Shown here: one piece after another, positions 17,775-29,700 of the stretch
How the letters are laid out: each line of letters opens with the position of its first letter
Numbering within the stretch: the stretch's first letter is position 1
IMG/VR virus record: IMGVR_UViG_3300020056_002272
Span: 1 to 64,000 of that record
DNA: 64,000 bases
Origin: a virus
Reading direction: 5' to 3' (one strand)
Translations under genes and position numbers: made by a program
The notes under the pieces: generated by a model
Seen by the model: the letters and a program-made list of their open reading frames with translations, nothing else
Database searches by the model: none
Told to the model about the DNA's origin: nothing

Positions 17775-20700
17775 TGGCTAACGACGATAAAACGATTCCA
17801 TTACCAGATGGTAAAAATTACAAAAGATCTTCTGCAGAATTTTTACCCCAGTATTTTAGAACTAACGCTAACAAGAAATTTTTACAAGCCAGTTTAGACC
17901 AGTTTGTATCAGATGGCGTAGTAGAAAAAATAAACGGATTTGTAGGTAAAAAGGAAGCTAAGGCAGTAACTATCAATGATACTTACCTTGCAGAAGTTAC
18001 CGATGATAGAGACAATTATCAGTTTGAACCATATGCTGTATATGAAGACAGTTTAGGCAATACAGAATTTAGTGCGGACTATTTGGATTATATAGGTCTG
18101 ATAAAAACATTTAGAGGAAATACTGATAATCACAGTAAATTGAACGAGCAAGAATTCTATGCATGGAACCCACATATTAATTTTGATAAATTTACAAACT
18201 TTAGAGAATATTACTGGTTACCCAATGGTCCACAGGAAGTGCCTGTAAAAGGACAAAGTAGAGATATTGTAAGCACATATCAAATTACAACAGTTACAGA
18301 CGATGATAATACTGCTTTGCTGTTTACACCAGATGGTAAAACTCGTAATCCTGAAATTAAATTGTTCCGTGGTCAAAAATATATATTTGAAGTAAACACA
18401 GACGGACACCCTATTACTATTTCGTCTGATAGAAAGTTTATTCCTATATTAGGAACTACAGACAAAATTGTTAATGTAAGTGCAACTAATAACATAATAA
18501 CAAAAATATTTGATCAAACACTAACAGCTTGGGTTGAAGGTATAGATTGGCAAAATATATTACTTACTGACAATGATGTTCTAAGTGCAAAAAACAGTCT
18601 AGTATATGAAGATTTTGATAACAATGATTTTGTTGAAACATTAGTTGATACAAGTTTGGATTTATTCAAAGATAGATGGAATTTATTAGTAGAACCATAT
18701 GTAGGAAGTTTAGATTTCCTAGCAATTGAAAAAACACAACTATCTACTACAGAAGGCAACGATACAATAATAGTAGATGGAACACGATATGATAGAGCGG
18801 CTTATGTCGCAGATGCTAACTTTACAAATAGCACATTAGCAATTAAAAATACAATATATCAAGATATTGTAGAAGATGCATTGGCTTCTTATACAAAAAA
18901 TGACAGAGATATTATTGAGAAAGCTCTTTATGATGCAGGTCAGCTTGTATTAGATGCACTGGATTTTGATTATACAATCAAATTGTATTCTTTCTCAGAA
19001 CGCACAGCAAATTCTATTCAGCAAGACGATACCAATGTATCTTTCATATACAATGATGGTGTTAAACTATCTCCTGTTAGTATAGAAGGCGACACTAACG
19101 ATATAAATGACTTTGTTTTTGACGGTTATATAGAAAATGGAATAATAGAATTTACTGTTCCTGATAATGCACCAAACGAACTTTATTTTGTAAGTCAAAC
19201 AAATATTGATACTAGCTGCCGTCTACGTGTATATGATATAGAAGAAAACACCGAAATTGATATTGAAAAAGAAATAATTGGTAAAAAAACTTATACAACC
19301 AGCGACGGTTGGAATTTCAGCAATGGAATGAAAATATATTTTATAGGAAACGTTACACCAGCAAACTATTCAGAAGGTTTTTATTATGTAGAAGGTGTAG
19401 GAGATAGTATAAATCTTGTTCCTGTAAATGAACTTAGTGTCCCTGCAATTTTTACACAAGACACACAAGTTCCTTTTGATACAAACGGCTTTGACAGAGT
19501 TCCTTTTAGTGATGCACTTAGCTTTGCTGGCACAAAAGATTATATTGTTATAAATCGCAGTAGTGCAGATAGAAATGGCTGGACAAGATACAATCGCTGG
19601 TTCCATAAAGATGTTATTCTACAAAGTGCTGAAATTAACTCACAAGACCAGTATGCGTTTGATGAAAGTGCAAGAGCCAAACGACCTATTATTGAATTTG
19701 AATCTGGATTAAAACTATATCAGCATGGCACAAAAGCAAAACAAATTGTTGATTTGGTAGACGATTACACTAGCGATGTTTTTTCAATTATAGAAGGATC
19801 TATAGGATATAATATTGATGGCATAGATCTAGCCGAAGGCATGCGTGTTTTATTCACTGCCGATCCTGATCCTTTGGTAAATGGTAAAATATATGAAGTT
19901 AAGTTTATTGATCATAACAACAAAAAAGATAGAATAAGTCTTGTTGAAACAAGCGACACTCTTCCTACACAAGATGAAACTGTTTTAATTAAAACAGGAG
20001 TAAACTATGCAGGCAGAATGTTCTATTATAATGATGGACAATGGCAAGTTGCTCAGGATAAAAATGCAATAAATCAAGTTCCAAAATTTGACTTATATGA
20101 CGAAGATGGTATTAGCTACAGCGATTTAGATACATATCCATTAACAACATTCAAAGGTAACAATATATTTTCTTACCAAGTTGGCGAAGGTGTAAACGAT
20201 ACAGAATTAGGATTTCCTATTGTTTATAAAAATCTAGTTAATTCAGGCGATATACTTTTTGATTTTAACATGTTAAAAGATTCCTATACTTACGAAGTTG
20301 GAGGTGTAAAAGTAAATCTAGATGCAGATTTAGCATATGTAAAAAAATACGACTTGCAAGGAGACGAGTTTTCATATCAAAATAGTTGGAAAAAAGCAAA
20401 TACAAAAAGCAGCCAGTATGTGATTAGAAAATTTACAGGTAGAGAATTAACAAATAGTTTTCCTGTAGACTTTTTTGATAATAGTGCAGAAATTGCAGAT
20501 TTAAAGATTATTGTATATCATAACAATAAATTACTGATAGAAAATGTTGATTATGAGCAAATTAATATTAATAAGACTAGATTTGTAGTATTTGAAACTG
20601 CTATAGAATTTGACGATATTGTTATAATAAAAGGCAAAAGCAAAACTACAAAAAATAAAAACGGCTATTATGAAACACCTCACAACTTTGAAAGAAATCC

Positions 20701-23700
20701 GTTAAACAATAATATAACTGAATTTACATATGGGCAGGTTGCAGATCATGTAGAAGGATTAATTGTAGAAGTTGATAACTTTGTAGGTTCGCAACCAGGC
20801 AGAAATAACCTAAGAGATTTAGGAAACGTGTATCAATATGGACGCAAATTTGTAAAACATAGCGGACCATTAAATATACCGTTGGTGAATTTAGCACGTA
20901 AAGACAGTAATATTGTTAATGCTATAAGATATGCAAAAAAAGAATACAGTAAATTCAAGCGTGACTTTGTCCAGATAGCAGAAACACTAGGTGTAGATAC
21001 TGCTACAAATCAGCATGTGAATCTTATTCTAGCAGAAATAAAGAAAAACAAAAGAGACAACATGCCATTCTACAATTCAGATATGATAGGATCTGGAGGG
21101 TATAAAAGACTAGAATATACAGTATTAGATATTGATATAAAATATTATGCACTTAGCACACCGTTTGCGTTTACAGTTGATAATAGAAAAGCAGTGTATG
21201 TCTATTTAAATGGTGAGCAATTGTGTTATGGTGTGGATTACACTTTAACCACAGAAGGTTTTGCTTATATAACAAAAACTATTGCAGTTGATGATACAAT
21301 AGAAATACATGAATACGAAACAACTGAAGCAAGTTACATTCCACCAACTCCTACAAAATTGGGAATGTTTCCTGCATATAAACCAGAAAAATTTGTAGAT
21401 TCTACTTATGCAGATCCTGTAAGTGTAATTAGAGGACATGATGGCAGTATTACTATTGCTTATGACGATTTTAGAGATGACTTGTTACTAGAATTAGAAC
21501 GTAGAATTTACAACAATATAAAAGTTACGTATGACACAAGTATATTTGACATTCATGATTATGTAGGAGGTGAATATAGAGATACAGGCATCTCTAAAGA
21601 AGACCTTGATAATGTATTGATTACAGATTTTGTATCTTGGTTAACCACAGCGGGTAATGTTGATTATACAGACAATAGCTTTGTGCAGGAACGTTCTACC
21701 TTAACTTACAATTACAGCAGTAGTGTAAGTCCAAAAGGAAATAGATTACCGGGTTTTTGGAGAGGCGTCTACATTGATTCTTTAGATACAGATTCGCCAA
21801 ATCTACGTCCATGGGAAATTTTAGGATTTAGTGTTCAGCCTAGCTGGTGGGAAACACAATATGGACCAGCTCCTTATACTAAAGATAATCTTATACTTTG
21901 GAAAGATATTGAAGGCGGTATAGTTAGAGAGCCGGGTAAAGAAATTAAAATTAGAAAAAAATATATACGTCCTGGATTGACTTCAAATATTCCAGTTGAC
22001 GAATCAGGAAGAATACGTAGTCCATTAGATAGCAGCTATTCAAGAGAATTTAGTTTTGTAGTTCAAAGAGACAAATTGTTTAAGTTCGGAGATGTTGCAC
22101 CAACTGAATCTGCATGGAGACGCAGTAGTGAATATCCTTTTGCATTAATAGTTGCTTTACTTGCAAACCGTCCGGCTGCTGTATCAGGGCTTTTATTTGA
22201 TAGAAGTAGAATTACTAGGAACAAAGTAGGTAATTTAATTTACACTGATACAAAGAAAGCTATTAATTTAGAAAACGTAGTATTTCCTTACACTGAACAA
22301 GACAGCGTGGTTAATTACACTGCTGGACTTATAAACTATATTGAGTCTTATATACGATCTAGTTTAACTGCTAGTTACGAAGAATATAGAAATACTGTAA
22401 TTAATTTGGACAATAAATTAGGTTTTAAAGTAGGTGGATTTGCAGACAAGTCTAAACTAAAGTTAGTGCTTGACAGTAGAACGCCTTTGAATAAAGGAAA
22501 TGTATTTGTTCCATTTGAAAACTATAGTATCTCGTTAAAAAAGTCTAGTCCAATTGACATTGTTTCTTATAGTGGTGTGATAATAGAAAAATTACCAAGC
22601 GGATATCGCGTGTCGGGTTACGACCAAGAAGATCCTTTTTTCCTAATTAATAAACATGCTATTTCTGCAGGTGATCCTGTTGTAAATGTAGGCGGTATCA
22701 GCGAAAGTTTCTTGGTATGGGACAGTGCAAAAATATTTGATAAAGGACGTATAGTAGAATATTTGAGTGCATATTATAGAGTAAATGAAACACATACTAG
22801 CAATGATACTTTTGATACCTCAAAGTTTTCAAAATTAGCAGAATTGCCTGTGGTAGGAGGTGTTAGTGCTGTATTTAGGAAAAATTTTACAAATACCATT
22901 GATAAAATTGATTATGGCACTGTGTTTCCGTCAGTGCAAGAAGTTGTAGACTTTCTTCTAAGTTATGATGCATATTTAAAATCTATAGGATTTACATTTG
23001 ATTTTAATAACTCTCGTTTTGAAACAATAGAAAATTTTAATCTATTAGCTAGAGAGTTTATGTTCTTTACGACAGAGAATTGGGCTAACAGCACAATCAT
23101 TACACTAAGTCCAGGAGCAAACCAACTAAAATTTGATACAGAATATTCTACTGTAGATGACATTTACGATAACTTTCTTGGATATACAATAAAACAAATT
23201 GACGGAAGAATATTACAGAATAATTTTACAAATACAATCAGAGTTGATGGTAATAGTTTTGGTTTATTTCCTACGAACACTACTGAAGGAATATTCTTTG
23301 CAAAATTAGCACTGGTGCAAAAAGAACATGTAGTGCTAATCGATAACAATACAGTATTCAATGATACGATTTATGATCCTGAATCAGGATATAGACAAGA
23401 AAGAATTAAGGTTGTAGGATATAGAACAGATGCATGGGACGGAAGTCTCAACATTCCTGGATTTATATACGATCAAGCTAAATTTACAATCTGGGAAGCA
23501 TGGCGAGATTATGATATAGCAGAAATTGTAAAATACAAAGAATTCTACTATACCGCAAAATCAAAAATAAGCGGTAGTGCAACGTTTGATCCTGAAGAAT
23601 GGAATTTGCTTGCAGAAAAACCTGAAGAAACAGTGAAACCAAACTTTGATTATAGAGCTAATCAGTTTATAGATTTTTATGATTTAGATACTGATAATTT

Positions 23701-26700
23701 TGATAGCGAGCAGCAGCGTTTAGCGCAGCATTTAATCGGCTACCAAAAAAGAGATTATTTGTCAAATATTATTGTAGATGATGTAAGTCAGTATAAATTT
23801 TACCAAGGCTTTATACAAGACAAAGGCACAAAAAATTCCTTAACAAAATTATTTGATAAGTTAGGCAGTGCTGATAAAGACAGCTTAGAATTTTTTGAAG
23901 AATGGGCATTTAGAAACGGACAATATGGTGCTACCTCTGCGTATAAAGAAGTAGAGTATGCTCTTGATGAATCTAAATTTAGAATTGAGCCTCAGCTTGT
24001 AGAACTAGTCCAAACCGAAGATACAACACGCACAGATTTAGTATTCCAGTATCCTGTGAAAGATGTGTATATCAAAGAGCCGGGATATAATCATGCTCCG
24101 TTTCCTGTAAAATATACAGATGATGAAGTGGTAAAAACAGGAGGATATGTTTCTTTAGACCAAGCCGATATTATTGCAAAAACACCACAAGACATAATTA
24201 ACTTAGATGTTAACACAACTGACATAGGTAATATAATATGGGTGCCAGAATATAAAAACTCTTGGAACATATATGAAGTTATAAACGCTCCACTGGGTGT
24301 AGAAAAAATCAGCAAAACTGATACAGGTTTTGAGGTTATTTTTGATAGAAACTGTAATTTTGTTGCTGGTGATATAATAGGTTTACGAAACGTTTCTACT
24401 GAAATTGATGGATATAGATTTGTAGCAAGTGTATCACAAAATCGTGCTACATTTAATGACACAGTTAGTATTGAAGATGCATCTTTAGATTTGTCTGATA
24501 GCTCATTAGGATCAGTCTTACAACTTTTGAGTAAAAGAGTTGCCGACCTTGATGCAATGAATAGTTTAATAAATCTTTATGGATTGCCCGCTAATAGTAA
24601 ATTTTGGGTTGATAATATAGACGATAAATTTGCAGTTTATGAAAGCAGCAGAATATGGTCCGGACAAGAAAATTTAGTAAACAGAGAAGCAGGACCGACA
24701 AGTTGGGCAGAATCATTTGCTGTTAATGGATATAATACTGCATTAGCTGTTGCAGATAAAAATTCTAAAGTCTATCTTTACAAGAGATTGTCCAGTGTTG
24801 TGCCATATGTATACAACCAAACTTTAGCACCAGAATCTACATTGTATGATGCTGATTCTAATTTTGGCGAAAGCATAGAATATACAAAAGATGGCAATTG
24901 GTTAATTATAGGTGCACCTACTGCTACCAATGTAAAAACAAAATACAAAGGAGAAATTGCTCAAATTGCATACACAACTGGCGATATTGTGAGCGATGGC
25001 GGATTATTATTTAAAGCAATCAGAGATATAAATTTTGATAGCAGCACAATCAATACCCAATCACAAGATTGGGAACAGGTTACAGCAATTGAAGCAGATG
25101 AAGAAGGAACAGGCAGCACATTTAACGATCAAGGTGCTATACACATTTATCGCAGGCAAACAGATCAAAGTTTTGCTCTATATCAAACAATTGTATCACC
25201 GTATCCTCAAGCAGATGAAAAATTTGGTATTGCAATAAAAAGTTCGTTTGATCCGAATACACTTTCAACAAGACTGTATGTGCGTAGTGAAAAGAACAAC
25301 GGTAGATTATATTTCTTAGATTTGCCAAATATAAATGATACTTTTGGTTACAGCCGAGATCCGTTGTATCGTGGAAAATTCAATTCAGCTGTAAAGTATA
25401 TTACAGGTGAAATTGTAGAGTATAATACTACAATTTACACAGCAAGTCAAACTGTGCCAGCTGGCAATGAATTTAATGTTACACAATGGAATACAACAGA
25501 ATCTAATATAGATAGATTAGGATATGTTCCTATAATAGGCGACGATGCTGTTGCAGGTTTAGAAGACAGCACAGCCTTTGATAGTAATTTTAGAATTGCT
25601 GAAAACTTTGATGTAAGTGACAATGGAGAAGTATTGGTATTAACCAGTTTATTATCAACTGACGAATATAAAATTGTTGTTTATAGAAAAACTGGCGATA
25701 GATTTGCTTTGCACCAAACTATAAATGCAGAAACTAACGATATTGATTTTGGACACAGTGTAGCAATTAACAGTATTGGAAATATTATTGCAATAGGTGC
25801 AACCTTAGCAGATGATCAAGGAACAGATACTGGTAAAGTATTTGTTTATGAATACAATACATCTGCATTGGTTTTTGAAAAATCTCAAGAACTTGTTACA
25901 CCACAGCCGTCCAAAAATGAAAGATTTGGCTGGCAAGTTGACTTCAGCGAAGATAAACTAGCGGTTACAGGTATAAATGGTGAAAACTCTTTTGCAACAT
26001 TATTTGATACTAATGAAACTTACTTTGATTCAAGGTCAACTGAATTTGTAGAAAAATTTGCAAATCAGTTACAAATATATGTTTTTGAAAAATTGTTTAC
26101 AAAATTTGTTTATGCAGAAACAGTAGATTATGCCTATTATTACACAGACCAAAATGGTAATAGAGTAGCGGCAAAATTAAATGATACTTCAAATCCAAAA
26201 ATTTTATTCAATAAGAATCATATTGTATTAGGACTGCCATTGGTATCCCTGGATGACACTGATTCTATATTTGGTTTAGTTGCAGATTTAACAGCAACAC
26301 AAAATGCAGATAGCTGGCAATTGTTAAGCAGAGCTAAAGATTTTGTTGATTACGAAAAACTCAAAGGTGTATTTTTATATGATAAAGTCAGCGGCGATCT
26401 TATCACCTATTTAGATGTAATTGATCCAATACAAGGAAAAATTGCTAATATTGCTGAACAAGAAATTTTTTATAAAACTCCGTATGATCCTGCTGTTTAT
26501 AGTAATGGAAGCACTGATACCGGAATTAAAAATCCTTGGACAAATAATTATATAGGAAAATTATGGTGGGATTTGAGCACTGTAAAATGGTTAAACCCTT
26601 ACCAAGGAAATATTACAAGCCAAAATAACAAATGGAATAAAATTATTGAAGGATTTAGTGTAGATGTATACGAATGGGTAGAAAGTCCGTATCTACCAAG

Positions 26701-29700
26701 TAAATGGGATGAAATAGCGGATACTACTGAAGGGTTGTCTCAAAATATAAGTGGCACAACTTTATATGGAGATTCCAAGTATAGTGTAGCTCAAACATAC
26801 GATGCGGTAGCAGGAAGATTTAACAATCGTTATTTCTTCTGGGTAAGAAACAGTAAATTGATTCCAAATGTATCAGGTCGTAATGCAAGTTGTGAAACTG
26901 TTATAAACCTAATAGCAGATCCTAAAAACACTGGATATAGATTTATTTCGTTGTTTAACGAAAAAGAGTTTGCATTACATAATGTCAGAAGTTTGATAAG
27001 AGGAAAAGACACAATTATACATTTTGATTATGCAGATGGCCCTGTCAATTTAGGTAATGTGCATAGTGAATATTCTCTACTAACAGAAAATGATGAAACC
27101 AGCGAGCCTAACAATATACTTGTTGACAAATGGTTTGATAGTTTAGTTGGTTATGATGCTAATCTTAACAAGTTACCCGACTTAGATGTAAGTCCAGCAA
27201 GACGCTATGGAATTTTAAATGAGCCATTACAAACTATGTTTGTAAACAAAACAGAGGCTTTGAAACAAATAGTTGAACGTGTAAATCTAGTTTTGTTACA
27301 AAATTTGATTGTTGATGATTTTGATTTGTCTCCTTTAGATGCGATAGATCCGCTACCGAGTGATGTTGCCGGTAAGTATGACGAAAAAATTGACAATGAA
27401 GGACTATTGAGATTTGTAGGCACCAGTAAAATTGAACAAGCTCAAATTAGTTTGACAACCACAGATGGCCGCATTAGTTCAGTTACAATAGAAAACTCTG
27501 GTAGAGGTTACAAAGATCCTTCATATACAGCAGAATCCACTACAAGAAATGGACCAAGTGTAGAAATATTAGGCACAGGATCGGGGGCAGTTATTAAAAC
27601 AGAAATCAATAACCTAGGCCAAATAACAAACGCTACTATAATAAATGCAGGCAACGGCTACACAGATGAAGTAATAGCTATTGTCAGACCTTTTACAGTT
27701 CTTGTAACCAATGACAGTTCAATTGGCGGTTTTTGGGCAACCTATAATTACAATAAAACCGAACAAGAATGGAATAGGCAAAGTATACAATCTTACGACA
27801 CAACATTCTATTGGCAGTATAGAGATTGGTATAAAGAAGGATTTTCTTCTATTACAGCAGTAGATCATTTTATACCAGCAAGTTATGCATTAGATGGGCT
27901 AAATGCTAATATTAATGATATTGTAAAAATTGAAAATATTGGTTCAGGCGGCTGGTTATTACTGCAAAAGATAAATGATATTCCTGAGGTTGATTATACT
28001 GTCAACTATCAAACAGTTGGCAGGCAGAACGGAACGATACAATTAAGCAAACTATTATACAACAATACAGATAGCGGCTTCGATAATCAAATATACGATA
28101 GTGTATTGTATGATAGAGAACCAGTAAATGAAACTCGTATTATATTACGAGCTCTTCAAACTAACATATTTGTTGACCAGCTTAAGATCGAATGGAATAA
28201 ATTGTTTTTCAGCAGTATAAGATATGTTCTTGCAGAACAGCCCACAGTTGATTGGGTGTTCAAAAGTGCATTTATAAAAGCAAAGCACAATGTAGGTGAA
28301 CTAGATCAACGTGTCACATTTAGAAACGATAATTTAGAAAATTATCAAGACTATGTAGCAGAAGTTAAACCATACAGCAGTAAAATTAGAGAGTATGTTA
28401 GCGGATATGAAAAAGTAGATCCTACAGAGACTAGTGTTACAGATTTTGACTTACAACCTAGATACAGTGAATCTCAACGTCAAATAATACCTGAAAGTTT
28501 ACAAATTAACCAAAATGTTGTAGGACCGCTTAACAGTTTTGTGCAAACCTATCCACAAAAACACTGGTTAGATAATTTAGGTTTTGAGATAACTGAACTT
28601 GCAATTGCAAACGGTGGCACAGGTTGGAGTTCAGGACCGGTAGTTACAATTTCCGGCGGTGGCGGACCAACTATAGAAGGAAAAGGTATAATAGCTAGAG
28701 GTGTGCTTGTTGATATAGAAATTGATACCTCCAATGCTTTTTACACCAGCGCACCTGTTGTAACATTGAACGGCTCGCAAGCAGAAGACAGTGAAGATGC
28801 AAGTGTAATTGCAATCTTAGGTAACAGCAAAGTAAGAAGCACACATGTAGCAGTCAAGTTTGATAGAACTTATGGCACTGATATAAATGAAACACTATAT
28901 GCAAATATAGATAAGACTGAAACATTTACAGGTAATGCCGGTATAAGCGCATTTGAACTTGAATGGCCTATGGATCTTACTGCTTCAAACGTAACGGTGA
29001 CTGTAGACAATGTCGAAAGTTTATCAAGCGAATATACAATTAGTAATAAGTTAGATACAACAAAAGGATTTACTAGGTATAAAGGAGTAATTACTTTCTT
29101 TGTAATACCACAACTTGGTGCTAATATTCAAGTTTCGTATAAAATTGCACCACAGCATTTACATGCTGCCGATAGAATACGTTATCATTACAATCCTTCA
29201 ACAGGTATGCTAGGCAAAGATCTATCGCAATTAATGGACGGGGTTGATTATTCAGGCGTTCAAATAGATACAATTGCACTAACTGGTAATCAAGGGTTTG
29301 AAACTACCACATTTGGTGTAGGCGGTTTTGATACATTTGATACAACATTTAACGATATAAAATTCACCGCAGACGGTAGCACACAATTAATTGAATTAGA
29401 CGAACCATTAGAAGCAGGTGTAATTTATACAGTTTATAAAAATAACGTAAGATTAGATGATATTAACTATGATGAATCTGTGGATCAAGCAAGTCAGACT
29501 GCGCTAGTCACTAATCCAAATGCTGTAATTAGAAGTATTACAGGCGATGGCATTCAAACTGTAATAAATCTTGCTGGTTACAATCCACCAATTGAAACTG
29601 TTGACGGAGATATAATTTATATTCGTCGTATTGATAGTGATGGAAGTTTTACACCTGGAGATGCAGCATTTGATACACAATTAACTGGTGGCGATTTAGA